From Bacteroidota bacterium (GTDB lineage: Bacteria > Bacteroidota > Bacteroidia > Bacteroidales > FEN-979), in contig JBAXKG010000003.1 in NCBI GenBank assembly GCA_037137455.1, positions 20,373 to 84,372 on the forward strand: a stretch of 64,000 nucleotides of DNA, written 5' to 3'. Positions within the stretch are counted from its first letter, which is position 1, and every line of letters begins with the position of its first letter. This document shows positions 1-9,231 of this stretch, piece by piece. The position numbers were made by a program, and so were the translations under genes. The notes under the pieces are model-generated. The model was not told the DNA's origin. It saw nothing but the letters and a program-made list of their open reading frames with translations, and made no database searches.

Positions 1-3
1 AAC

Positions 4-639
4 ATGACCCTGATGCTGGGTGGTTTCGGTTTATGCGGAATACCTGAAAACTGCATTGCAGCTTTGGCTGCAAGCGATATCACCGGGCTGACATGTATTT
101 CGAACAATGCCGGAGTCGACGGATTCGGTCTTGGTATGTTGTTACAAAAGCATCAGATCCGAAAGATGATCTCTTCATATGTGGGAGAGAATAAAGAATT
201 CGAACGTCAGCTTCTCAGCGGTGAACTAGAAGTGGAACTGATTCCGCAGGGTACCCTGGCTGAAAGGATCAGGGCAGGAGGGGCAGGTATTCCGGCTTTT
301 TTCGTCCCAGCCGGCTATGGGACTGAAGTTGCTCTGGGAAAGCCTGTTCGTGAGTTTGATGGAAAAATGTACTTAGAAGAACGATGGCTGAAAGCAGATT
401 TTGCAATCGTCAAAGCATGGAAAGGTGACACACAAGGCAATCTGGTATATAAATATACGGCCAACAACTTCAACCAGGCCATGGCTACAGCCGGCACGAT
501 TACCATCGCAGAGGTAGAAGAGCTTGTTCCGGCTGGCACTCTCGATCCTGATCATATTCATACCCCCGGGATTTTTGTACAGCGCATCTTCGAGGGAACA
601 AATTATGAAAAAAGAATTGAATTTGTCACAACCCGATGA
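4..639 (+). CDS. scoA: 3-oxoacid/succinyl-CoA CoA-transferase subunit A (probably 5'-truncated by the window edge)
   Basis: Motifs [35 protein letters not shown] and [10 protein letters not shown]; directly upstream of subunit B. Confidence 0.92.
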   Translation: MTLMLGGFGLCGIPENCIAALAASDITGLTCISNNAGVDGFGLGMLLQKHQIRKMISSYVGENKEFERQLLSGELEVELIPQGTLAERIRAGGAGIPAFFVPAGYGTEVALGKPVREFDGKMYLEERWLKADFAIVKAWKGDTQGNLVYKYTANNFNQAMATAGTITIAEVEELVPAGTLDPDHIHTPGIFVQRIFEGTNYEKRIEFVTTR

Positions 640-643
640 AAAA

Positions 644-675
644 CAGCGAAATAACGAAATAGAGAATTAGGGAAA
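644..675. repeat. Degenerate 8-bp tandem repeat in the scoA-scoB spacer
   Basis: Four units read directly: cagcgaaa taacgaaa tagagaat tagggaaa. Confidence 0.45.
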
Positions 676-708
676 TGGAACCAACTGTCTGTTTTAAATT
701 ATTTTATT

Positions 709-1365
709 ATGGGGTTAGATAAAAACGGAATAGCAAAACGTATTGCACTGGAATTGCAAGATGGTTTTTACGTCAATCTTGGTATTGGGATACCCACTCT
801 CGTGGCTAACTATATTCCTGCCGGGATGCAAATTGTTTTGCAGTCAGAAAATGGATTGCTTGGCATCGGCCCTTTCCCTGACAAAAACGATGTTGATCCC
901 GATCTTATCAATGCAGGGAAACAAACCATTACAGCCGTTCCCGGGGCTGCATTTTTTGATTCGTCCGCGAGTTTTGCCATGATCCGGGGCGGACATATTG
1001 ACCTCACCGTACTCGGAGCCTTTGAAGTATCTGAAAATGGCGATATTTCCTCATGGAAAATCCCGGGAAAACTTGTTAAGGGCATGGGGGGTGCCATGGA
1101 TCTGGTTGCATCGGCCAAGAATATTATAGTGGCCATGATGCATACTAACCCTCAGGGGGAATCGAAATTGCTGAAAAGATGTACGCTGCCTTTGACAGGT
1201 GTCGGGGTTGTGAAACGCATCGTCTCGGATCTGGCTGTAATTGATGTTACCTCTCAGGGCTTTAAATTGCTCGAGCGGGCTCCTGGTGTTTCTATTCAGG
1301 AAATCATCAATGCAACTGAAGGAAAACTAATTGTGGAAGGAGAAATCCCGGAGATTAATGTATAA
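709..1365 (+). CDS. scoB: CoA-transferase subunit B
   Basis: VNLGIGIPT, catalytic QSENG motif, DLINAGK and GMGGAMDLV. Confidence 0.93.
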   Translation: MGLDKNGIAKRIALELQDGFYVNLGIGIPTLVANYIPAGMQIVLQSENGLLGIGPFPDKNDVDPDLINAGKQTITAVPGAAFFDSSASFAMIRGGHIDLTVLGAFEVSENGDISSWKIPGKLVKGMGGAMDLVASAKNIIVAMMHTNPQGESKLLKRCTLPLTGVGVVKRIVSDLAVIDVTSQGFKLLERAPGVSIQEIINATEGKLIVEGEIPEINV

Positions 1366-1432
1366 GGCTAACAATCAAGCCGGAGTATAATCGATATTTT
1401 GTTTTCATTTTATCACCACACCTTCTGGAAGT

Positions 1433-2074
1433 TTACCAGACAGGTTTTCCGATTTTTCCCTTCTTTACCGGGATCAATTGGTTACCACCTTCATAAATAT
1501 AATAAAAATCTTCGGGAGCGAATGGCTGGCTGATACGCAATTTCAGATGTTCCTTGAAGGTGAATTTAATCTTGCGGCCATCGGTGCTAATCCTGATTTT
1601 CGATACGGGATATGATACCCTGGTAACCAGCGCATCATCCAGATCCACATCGATTTTCCCCATCTTTTTAAGATTCCCGTCTTTAAACATATAGGCACGT
1701 AACTCTGAGTCGTATATATATCGGGACTCCCAGATTACTACAATACCATCGGAAGTGTTATTAGTACGATAAAAGTACAAGTGGGTTGAATCACTTACAT
1801 TCACGGTATCAAAGGCAGCAACCGGTTCCCTGTTCCGATTATTTTTAAAAGCGCCTACCCACATGTCACCAAGATAATAACGGAAAATTAAACCTATGGT
1901 CGTAACATCATCGAGGTTATAACAATGACCAACCTTCAGGGTATCAAATCGCTTTATGGCATTGTTCTTAGCCGGATTGAAGGCCGAATAGGACCTTGAG
2001 GCCTGTGCAAAAATTACCTGACACCCGCCTGCAAAAAACAATAACAGGATAAACAGTTTAATAAATTGGCGCAT
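1433..2074 (-). CDS. Hypothetical exported protein
   Basis: 213 aa ORF with an N-terminal hydrophobic signal (MRQFIKLFILLLFFAGGCQVIFAQ); last gene of a co-oriented run; no family recognised. Confidence 0.7.
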   Translation of the reverse strand: MRQFIKLFILLLFFAGGCQVIFAQASRSYSAFNPAKNNAIKRFDTLKVGHCYNLDDVTTIGLIFRYYLGDMWVGAFKNNRNREPVAAFDTVNVSDSTHLYFYRTNNTSDGIVVIWESRYIYDSELRAYMFKDGNLKKMGKIDVDLDDALVTRVSYPVSKIRISTDGRKIKFTFKEHLKLRISQPFAPEDFYYIYEGGNQLIPVKKGKIGKPVW

Positions 2075-2086
2075 CGGTAATCTTTA

Positions 2087-2728
2087 TTATTTTTTATTCG
2101 TATTATCGTCTTGTTTTTTAAATTTTAAAATACCGCGTATCAGAATAGTCATTGTAACCAGGGTGATTCCAAGCACAAAATATTCAATATTATCTAGTGA
2201 TGCAGGAATTTTTTTTCCTATCAGGTATCCAAGAGGGATCAACGTCCCTGACCATAAAATGGCTCCTGCAATATTATACATATTGAACTTCCAGAAATTC
2301 ATATCGATTGTGCCTGCAAGAATGGGCACAAAGGTGCGTATGACGGGCATAAAACGACCGGCAATTAGCGCAATCCCGCCATATTTTTCATAATAAACAC
2401 GCGATTTATCAAGATGCCGTTGTTTAAAAAACCAGTTGTCTTTTTTTAATAAAATCCGGTGTCCAAAAAATTTACCGGTTAAAAAACCGACAACATTGCC
2501 TGCAAAAGCAGCAACAATAACACTTATTACCAATAGCCAGATATTTACTGCCAGGTCGCTTCCGCAGAGTAACCCCGCTGTAAACAGCAGAGCATCCCCG
2601 GGAAAAATAAATCCGAAAACCAATCCGGTTTCAGCAAATATCACGATCAGCAGAAGGGCAAGCCCACCATAACGGATCAATTTTTCTGAACTTAAAAGGA
2701 TTTCAAAAAACTCTTTAAAATCTTCCAT
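2087..2728 (-). CDS. DedA family (VTT domain) membrane protein
   Basis: FAETGL-x-FGFIFPGDALLFTAG, GRFMPVIRTFVPILAG and F-x-x-YNIAGAILW are DedA signatures. Confidence 0.92.
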   Translation of the reverse strand: MEDFKEFFEILLSSEKLIRYGGLALLLIVIFAETGLVFGFIFPGDALLFTAGLLCGSDLAVNIWLLVISVIVAAFAGNVVGFLTGKFFGHRILLKKDNWFFKQRHLDKSRVYYEKYGGIALIAGRFMPVIRTFVPILAGTIDMNFWKFNMYNIAGAILWSGTLIPLGYLIGKKIPASLDNIEYFVLGITLVTMTILIRGILKFKKQDDNTNKK

Positions 2729-2738
2729 TAAATTGAAA

Positions 2739-2960
2739 TCATTTTTTAGTTATCTCACGATAAACCTGCAATATTTCGGACTTATATTTTGCGGGGGCTT
2801 CCAAATAACCCCATCCAAATTCCATTTCCATGATTCCCCCCAGGGCTGTATCATCGGAGGTGATAATTCCATGAGGAATTTTTCGGTCAGAGAGCACCTC
2901 TTCCATCAGGCCTGCTTCAAACTCATTGTTCAAAACAAGAATTTTTTCATAGGTTTCCAT
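2739..2960 (-). CDS. Small DUF2007-like (putative signal-transducing) protein, 73 aa
   Basis: Start moved to the ATG at 2960 (METYEKILVLNNEFEAGLMEEVLSDRKIPH), which removes the overlap with the response regulator; the EA-x-L-x-x-x-L-x-x-x-x-IP pattern resembles DUF2007. Confidence 0.6.
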   Translation of the reverse strand: METYEKILVLNNEFEAGLMEEVLSDRKIPHGIITSDDTALGGIMEMEFGWGYLEAPAKYKSEILQVYREITKK

Positions 2961-2976
2961 AGTCGTTATTTTTCCC

Positions 2977-3681
2977 CTAAGGTACGAAATTTTGTAAGAA
3001 TCTGTACCCCACATTGTGTACGTTCTCAATTTTTATATGTGGATCGGATGACAGGATTTTACGCAATCGGGATATGAAAACATCAAGGCTCCGGCTCGAG
3101 AAAAAATGGTCATTACCCCAAACTTTCATAAGAAGCACTTCTCGCTTCATAATCGTATCAGGATTGGCAGCAAGAATCTGTAAAAGCTCAGATTCCTTAT
3201 GGGTTAAAGTGACTCGCTTTTCTCCATCACTTAATTGTTGGTTTGCCGGGTCGAACATGAATTTGCCAATAGAAATAATGTTCTGATTTCTGGTTTCAGG
3301 CTGATAAATGCGGGTCCGCTTGAGGAACACTTCTATTTTTAGTGCCAGCTCCTCAATGCTGTATGGTTTGGTGATATAATCATCAGCTCCTTGTTGCAAA
3401 CCATGGATTCTATCTTCTCTTGTCGATTTTGCAGTAAGGAAAATAATAGGAATGTGATCATTTTTTTCGCGGATCCTCCTTGCAAGGGTAAAACCATCCA
3501 TTTTTGGAAGCATTACATCCAGGATACAAAGATCATATTTGTTAACAGCCAATTTATCCAGGGCATCGACACCATCAATGCAATGATCCACTTCATATCC
3601 CCTTAGTTCCAGGTTATCCCGGGTGACAAACGACAATGTTTCATCATCTTCAACATATAAAAGATTTGCTTTTTTTTTCAT
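2977..3681 (-). CDS. OmpR/PhoB-family response regulator
   Basis: Receiver domain (LYVEDD, ILDVMLP, FLTAK, DYITKP) plus winged helix (SRSLDVFISRLRK, NVHNVGY). Confidence 0.95.
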   Translation of the reverse strand: MKKKANLLYVEDDETLSFVTRDNLELRGYEVDHCIDGVDALDKLAVNKYDLCILDVMLPKMDGFTLARRIREKNDHIPIIFLTAKSTREDRIHGLQQGADDYITKPYSIEELALKIEVFLKRTRIYQPETRNQNIISIGKFMFDPANQQLSDGEKRVTLTHKESELLQILAANPDTIMKREVLLMKVWGNDHFFSSRSLDVFISRLRKILSSDPHIKIENVHNVGYRFLQNFVP

Positions 3682-3689
3682 CCCGGTCT

Positions 3690-4958
3690 TTATTTTTTTT
3701 GTGGGATAATAATAATAAATGTCGACCCTTTTCCCAATTCGCTCTGCAATCTGATATTCCAGCCATGTGCTCGACAGATAGTTTTCACGTAATAGAGGCC
3801 TAATCCGAAACCTTTAACATCATGAACATTTCCCGAAGGAACGCGAAAAAATTTGTGGAAAACCTGTTTCTGATACTTCGCACTGATACCCGGGCCATTA
3901 TCACTCACCTTGAAAGTAATCTGTTTGTACTCTTTGGTGGTGCTAATGATAATTTGTGATTTTTCGCCTGAATATTTTACAGCATTATCCAAAAGGTTAT
4001 AGAGGATATTTGTCAGATGAAGCACATCAGCCTCAACGGTCCCGATTCCTGGATCGAGTGATGTTTCGATTAATATGCCATCGGTAGTATTAGCGCTGAA
4101 TGTATCTGAAACAGTTTCGATCAGGGAATTCAAATCAAGAGGTTCCATTTTTAGTTGGACGCCCTGTTTTTCTATTTTAGCCACCTGAAGTACTTTCTCG
4201 ACCTGACTGATCATACGGTTATTTTCCTGTTTAATTACTGTAGCATAGGTCAGAAGTCTTACGGGATCGTTAACTATTCCGGGTTGCGAGATAACATCGG
4301 CCGAAATATTGATGCTGGATAATGGTGTTTTAAATTCATGGGTCATGGTGTTGATAAAATCCTTTTGCATTTCCGACCATCTTTTCTGCCTAAGGATCAC
4401 AAAAATGGCATATACGAAAAAGATAACGGAAAACAACAGGATGGCGCTCAGGAAAAACCATATCGCCATGTTACCGGCAAGGGTATTTTTTAAAGCTGGA
4501 AACCGGACACCGAAATAGTAGATATACCTGTCATATTTTGGCAGGGAAAAAGAAAGGATAGGAGGTTTGCCAGAACCATCGACTGAAATGTAGTTGCCAT
4601 AAACCATCTTGTCGGTATGGCAATCATAGATGGCATACTCATAATCGGTGTGCAGATTAAGTTTGGCAAATTCCGTTTTCAGATAGTATTCCAGCACATT
4701 GGCATCTATCACACTGTTTACATCCACAACAAAATAATTTGAAGTGATCTGTTTCACCGGGTTTCCGTAAGGCAGCGCCGATTCGTTGAATGTACAGATT
4801 TTTTCAGCTACATTTTTCAATCCGATCATGACAGTCTGGTGAAATTGTTTCTCCCTGATATCCCAGGCCTGCAATAAGAAATAAAGTTGTATGGCAATGA
4901 TCCCGATTATAGAAACTGCTCCAAGCAATACAACAGACCGAACCTGCTTATGCTTCAT
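3690..4958 (-). CDS. Membrane sensor histidine kinase
   Basis: Two TM helices around a periplasmic domain; H-box THEFKTPL, N-box NLLDNAVKY, DNGPGI and GFGLGL. Confidence 0.95.
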   Translation of the reverse strand: MKHKQVRSVVLLGAVSIIGIIAIQLYFLLQAWDIREKQFHQTVMIGLKNVAEKICTFNESALPYGNPVKQITSNYFVVDVNSVIDANVLEYYLKTEFAKLNLHTDYEYAIYDCHTDKMVYGNYISVDGSGKPPILSFSLPKYDRYIYYFGVRFPALKNTLAGNMAIWFFLSAILLFSVIFFVYAIFVILRQKRWSEMQKDFINTMTHEFKTPLSSINISADVISQPGIVNDPVRLLTYATVIKQENNRMISQVEKVLQVAKIEKQGVQLKMEPLDLNSLIETVSDTFSANTTDGILIETSLDPGIGTVEADVLHLTNILYNLLDNAVKYSGEKSQIIISTTKEYKQITFKVSDNGPGISAKYQKQVFHKFFRVPSGNVHDVKGFGLGLYYVKTICRAHGWNIRLQSELGKGSTFIIIIPQKK

Positions 4959-4971
4959 AGGATATTGTTAA

Positions 4972-4979
4972 CAAAGTTA
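4972..4979 (-). promoter_or_regulatory. Bacteroidota -7 promoter box (TAACTTTG) for the kinase-regulator operon
   Basis: Exact TAnnTTTG match 13 nt upstream of the kinase start. Confidence 0.55.
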
Positions 4980-5186
4980 TATTGTAAAAAACAAGCTTAC
5001 ATTTTTGTAAAAATAGTCATATTACATAATAATAGCCTTGGTTTTACTTTTCATTAACACAATTTTACATTCCGTTATTACATTTTTACATTTCATTTAC
5101 CTGATTCTCTAAAGGAAGACAGATATTTGCAGTATCAAACTCCAATCCAAAATTATTCATAAACCTTAACCATAATATCAATCACC

Positions 5187-5630
5187 ATGAAAAAAATGAT
5201 CTTCGTAATTCTATTGCCTGCTGTTTTATTCTTATCACAGGCAAATGCACAAAACCAACCCGCTCAGAATGCCGGAAAAACTGAAATCAAAGCAAAAGTT
5301 AACGGTCCTGTTGCCAGGTGGGATATTACAGAAAGTAATATGGGAGATATTCCCCAGGGTATCCCGAAGACAGGTCAGTTCAATCTTTCCAATGATGGAA
5401 ACGAACCGCTGATCATTGCTTCCGCACAGGCCTCTTGCGGGTGTACAAATCTGAATTATTCTAAAGAACCCCTGATGCCGGGAAAATTCACTACAATTTC
5501 TGTCACCTATAACGCCGCGGCTAAGGGCAACTTTACCAAAACAATTACTGTCAGGACTAATGCCAGCGACCAGCCAACAATTCTTTGGATTAAAGGGAAT
5601 GTTGTTGAGAAACCAGCGGAGCAGAAATAA
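5187..5630 (+). CDS. DUF1573 domain exported protein
   Basis: Signal peptide; N-x-G-x-EPL-x-I-x-x-x-x-x-SCGCT, P-x-x-PG and G-x-F-x-K-x-ITV-x-TN are DUF1573 signatures. Confidence 0.88.
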   Translation: MKKMIFVILLPAVLFLSQANAQNQPAQNAGKTEIKAKVNGPVARWDITESNMGDIPQGIPKTGQFNLSNDGNEPLIIASAQASCGCTNLNYSKEPLMPGKFTTISVTYNAAAKGNFTKTITVRTNASDQPTILWIKGNVVEKPAEQK

Positions 5631-5859
5631 TGACTTTCCGAAACTTCCTGAATCCCAAAATGCTGCCGTAGGTCAAAAGAAAAAATCCTATACCTGAGAT
5701 TAATCCTGGATGTGCAGAAAACATGTTCTTAATAAAATTGAAGAGCACAAGGAATATACTCTGGAAGGCATGCACAATGGGACTAAAGATGTGGGGAAAT
5801 GCATTGATGAATACCTGAAGAATGTCGAAAGATGCGATAATTTGAGAAAGAGTTTCCAT
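5590..5859 (-). CDS. Small hypothetical membrane protein (89 aa)
   Basis: Hydrophobic segments followed by a basic tail; its own TAnnTTTG box lies at 5877-5884; the 3' end overlaps the DUF1573 gene. Confidence 0.5.
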   Translation of the reverse strand: METLSQIIASFDILQVFINAFPHIFSPIVHAFQSIFLVLFNFIKNMFSAHPGLISGIGFFLLTYGSILGFRKFRKVIISAPLVSQQHSL

Positions 5860-5876
5860 GGGTTATGAATTTCTGC

Positions 5877-5884
5877 CAAAATTA
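5877..5884 (-). promoter_or_regulatory. -7 box (TAATTTTG) inside a TCTGCCA-N9-TGGCAGA inverted repeat
   Basis: Exact TAnnTTTG match on the minus strand 17 nt before the ATG at 5859. Confidence 0.45.
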
Positions 5885-6031
5885 ATATGGCAGAGTCCTG
5901 AAGGAAATTCTTTTTCGATGAATCACCGAAAACAGGGGGATGAATGAGGTGTACTGTATGACAAATAACCGGCGCCTTGAAATCATTCATGAGCCCGTTG
6001 TCCATAGAAACTTTTAGCCAATCATTTCTTT

Positions 6032-6039
6032 TATCTTTG
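6032..6039 (+). promoter_or_regulatory. -7 box (TATCTTTG) for alkaline phosphatase
   Basis: Exact TAnnTTTG match 28 nt upstream of the start codon. Confidence 0.55.
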
Positions 6040-6067
6040 CAGGTTACATTTTCTGAAGGTTTCCTGC

Positions 6068-7495
6068 ATGAAACAAACGAATAAAATTTTTCTGGTTGTT
6101 TTTCTACCAGCAATTTTCCAGTGGAATAGTATTTGGGCTCAAAAAAGAATCGCCCTGCCGAATCCGAAAAATGTCATCATCATGATTGGCGATGGCATGG
6201 GATATAATCATATTGAGGCTACTAATTATTATTTCGGAACAGCCCGGCAGGTTTATGAACAATTCCCTGTTCAGCTGGCTATGGCACACTACCCCGCCAA
6301 GGCCGGTGAGTATGACGAAATAAAACCTCGTTCAAATTACTTTGCTTCAGGTTATAATCAGGGGCTAGCCTGGAAAGACACAGCTTATCTGAAAATGAAT
6401 GTCACTGAATCGGCTGCGGCTGCCACCGCTTTGTCAACTGGTGTAAAAACCTACAACAATTCCATCGGGTTATCGGTCGACTATGACACGTTGGAAAACC
6501 TTGTTCAATGGGCTAAATTATTGGGTAAATCGGCTGGGGTTGTTACAAGTGTTGAATTTAGTCATGCAACACCAGCGGGGTTTGTCGCCCACAACATCAC
6601 TCGCCGGCATTGTGATGAGATTGCTTATGAAATGCTGCTCGACAGCCGTTGTGATGTCATAATGGGATGCGGGGATCCGATGTTTGATGACGATGGACAG
6701 GCAATGGAAATAAAATGGAAAAATTCAAAATATGTTGGTGACAGTATATTTTGGCGGAAACTGATCGCGGGTAGCGGAAAGCAGACGAAATTTTTAATTA
6801 ATGGGAAAACGAAAACAGTCAGGGATATTAATGGTGATGGAATACCAGATCCTTGGACAGTGATCCGCGATCTTGCTGATTTCCGCGCTTTACAAAAAGG
6901 GAGTACACCCGTGAGGGTTTTAGGATGTCCCAAAGTTTATTCAACGCTTCAGCAGGGCAGGACAATGAAAAGCGGAGAGAATAAGGATTCACCACCTTTT
7001 GTGACCCCTATAATTTATACTGTTCCGACATTGGCAGAAATGGTTGGTGGCGCCCTGAATTTACTTGACAATAATCCAAAAGGTTTTTTTATTATGATTG
7101 AAGGTGGTGCAACCGACTGGGCTTCACATTCAAACCAGAAGGGCCGTTTGATCGAGGAGATGAAAGGTTTTAATGAAGCGGTAAATTTAGTGGTTGACTG
7201 GGTAAATACCCATAGTAATTGGAATGAGACACTGTTAATTGTAACCGGTGATCATGAAACCGGATTACTTTGGGGGAACGATCCCTTTATTCCGTTGAAA
7301 GACAGTGGAAAAAAGACATTACCTGAGATGAAGTATAATTCATCGGACCATACAAACTCCTTGATTCCTTTCTTTGCCAGAGGCGCCGGGAGTGAATATT
7401 ACCGTAACTATGCCGATGAACGTGACAGTGTGCGAGGCCCGTTCATTCAAAATTCGGAAGTTGCACAACTTATTCATCTGCTCTGGGTAAAGTAG
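6068..7495 (+). CDS. Alkaline phosphatase (PhoA family), exported
   Basis: IGDGMG, catalytic TESAAAATAL, SHATPA, EGG-x-x-DWASH, TGDHETG and SDHT metal ligands; signal peptide. Confidence 0.93.
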   Translation: MKQTNKIFLVVFLPAIFQWNSIWAQKRIALPNPKNVIIMIGDGMGYNHIEATNYYFGTARQVYEQFPVQLAMAHYPAKAGEYDEIKPRSNYFASGYNQGLAWKDTAYLKMNVTESAAAATALSTGVKTYNNSIGLSVDYDTLENLVQWAKLLGKSAGVVTSVEFSHATPAGFVAHNITRRHCDEIAYEMLLDSRCDVIMGCGDPMFDDDGQAMEIKWKNSKYVGDSIFWRKLIAGSGKQTKFLINGKTKTVRDINGDGIPDPWTVIRDLADFRALQKGSTPVRVLGCPKVYSTLQQGRTMKSGENKDSPPFVTPIIYTVPTLAEMVGGALNLLDNNPKGFFIMIEGGATDWASHSNQKGRLIEEMKGFNEAVNLVVDWVNTHSNWNETLLIVTGDHETGLLWGNDPFIPLKDSGKKTLPEMKYNSSDHTNSLIPFFARGAGSEYYRNYADERDSVRGPFIQNSEVAQLIHLLWVK

Positions 7496-7502
7496 GTGGG
7501 AT

Positions 7503-8189
7503 TTATTCTCCGAATTTGCGTTCGATTTTGGCAAAATCATTCAAAACATTTTTTAAATCGCTGGTGGTTAGATCGTTAAAAAGTTTGTCTAAAAAGAATA
7601 ATCTGGCATATGCTGACTGCAGCGGAAGAAAGTTACTCAATAATGGAGCTTTTCCGGTTCTGATAACCAGGTCGACCGGGGTGTTTACCCATAGGTATTT
7701 GTAAAATTGATTCGGGTTATCCGATGCGTTGCAGGCTTGAATAATTTCTTCAAGCGGATCGTATGCCAGCAGGAGGTTCACTTGTCCATTACTGTTCTTC
7801 AAGCTTGATTGCTCAATTTTCGAAATAGCGGCAAGCAATGATTCCGGAATAATTTTACGATTACCTGCGATGACAATTCTGAGATTATTCCGTTCGGCAA
7901 TTTCTTTTATCTCGTTTTTTAATCCTGATTCGATCTGCCCGAGATTTACTGACAGGACTTCCGGGTTCCTTCTGAAATTTTGAATACTGTTGAGATAAAT
8001 GCTGATCATTTGCACTCCATTCTCCAGAAGTAAGCTTGTAAAGGCCTCCAGAAGGGATCTTGTGTGTTTATAAGCATTTTCGAGTGTGCAGCCATTGGCC
8101 AGCGCCCATCGCCTGCCTCCATCGGGTATGATTCCTACATGAAAAGGAACGGAACCGGGAGTAGGATGGAAATCGGATGTTGTACTCAT
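7503..8189 (-). CDS. cis-prenyltransferase (UppS-fold) family protein with non-canonical active site
   Basis: HVGIIPDGGRRW, S-x-x-N-x-x-R, VDLVIRTG, LSNFLPLQSAYA and C-terminal RKFG. Confidence 0.88.
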   Translation of the reverse strand: MSTTSDFHPTPGSVPFHVGIIPDGGRRWALANGCTLENAYKHTRSLLEAFTSLLLENGVQMISIYLNSIQNFRRNPEVLSVNLGQIESGLKNEIKEIAERNNLRIVIAGNRKIIPESLLAAISKIEQSSLKNSNGQVNLLLAYDPLEEIIQACNASDNPNQFYKYLWVNTPVDLVIRTGKAPLLSNFLPLQSAYARLFFLDKLFNDLTTSDLKNVLNDFAKIERKFGE

Positions 8190-8192
8190 AAA

Positions 8193-9191
8193 TCAGCTCT
8201 TTTTATAGGTTATCCGTTTCGATAACTCCATAAATGGTCTTTCAATGAATGTAAAAAACAGCCAGGCTGCAAAAACAGAGGTGAAAAGCGCGATGAAAAC
8301 GAAGAGGCTCCGTATCCATTCGTTTTGTATAAAGGTTTCGCAAAGATTGATAATTCTTCCTCCGATTGGAATATGAACGAGGTACAATGAATATGAAATA
8401 TTTCCAAGGAACTTTGAAAACCGGTCATTAAATTCAAAATAGGTGATAAAGAAATAAGGTAGAAGGGCGGCAACAAGATACCTGTTGTCGAATTTTGAAT
8501 AGATAAGAAGCAGGGTGACCAGTAAAAACGATCCAAACTGTTTTTTGTTCAGGTAACCTATATGAAACTGGAACATCAGGATTCCAGCAATAAACAGGAA
8601 TGAATAGTTGAATATATAGTTGTGGCCGGAAAAAATAAGGCTTGAAAAGCCAAAAATCAAAAGGGCGCCAAAGGAGTATCTTTTTTCAGCATGGATCAGC
8701 AATGGGAAGATCAGCGCTATAATAATATAATATTGAAATTCAATGGCTAGAGTCCAATAAACATCGTTGACCCAGGGATATTCGAAAAAGGCATTCAAAT
8801 ATCCCAGATGTAAGGCAAGCGCTTCGAAATTGATTGAAAAAGGGACCCCCCGGTAATAGGGAGAAAGGGTACTGACCCAGTTCAGCAGTAAAACAAGAAG
8901 GATGCTGACCAGGTATGGAGGCTCGATACGGATAAGGCGCTTGGTGAGAAATCTTCCGAAATTTTTAATTTGATAATTGCCGCGATACATGGCATAGGGG
9001 ATTACAAATCCGGAAATCACGAAAAAAACATCGACTCCCAGGAACCCGAATCTCCCCGATATATAAAGAAAATTGGTCTTGCTTAAGAAATCGGGATTTC
9101 CATGGGTAAAGTGAAAAAAACATACTGCAACGGCAGCCAACCCCCGAAGCAAATCAAGTGATGATAAATATCCGATTTTACCGGTCTTCAT
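8193..9191 (-). CDS. Acyltransferase family 3 (OafA-like) membrane O-acyltransferase
   Basis: LDLLRGLAA-x-x-V-x-x-x-H, GVDVFFVISGF, R-x-x-RI-x-PPY, WTLAIEFQYY, LGNISYSLYLVH and IERP. Confidence 0.93.
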   Translation of the reverse strand: MKTGKIGYLSSLDLLRGLAAVAVCFFHFTHGNPDFLSKTNFLYISGRFGFLGVDVFFVISGFVIPYAMYRGNYQIKNFGRFLTKRLIRIEPPYLVSILLVLLLNWVSTLSPYYRGVPFSINFEALALHLGYLNAFFEYPWVNDVYWTLAIEFQYYIIIALIFPLLIHAEKRYSFGALLIFGFSSLIFSGHNYIFNYSFLFIAGILMFQFHIGYLNKKQFGSFLLVTLLLIYSKFDNRYLVAALLPYFFITYFEFNDRFSKFLGNISYSLYLVHIPIGGRIINLCETFIQNEWIRSLFVFIALFTSVFAAWLFFTFIERPFMELSKRITYKKS

Positions 9192-9231
9192 ATTTAATAA
9201 TTTTTTTTAATGTTTCCTTTTATCCACCAGT

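Noticed and set aside
5700-6113. 137-aa minus-strand ORF
   Set aside because: It overlaps the alkaline phosphatase start, both promoter boxes and the better-supported 89-aa ORF; no motifs.
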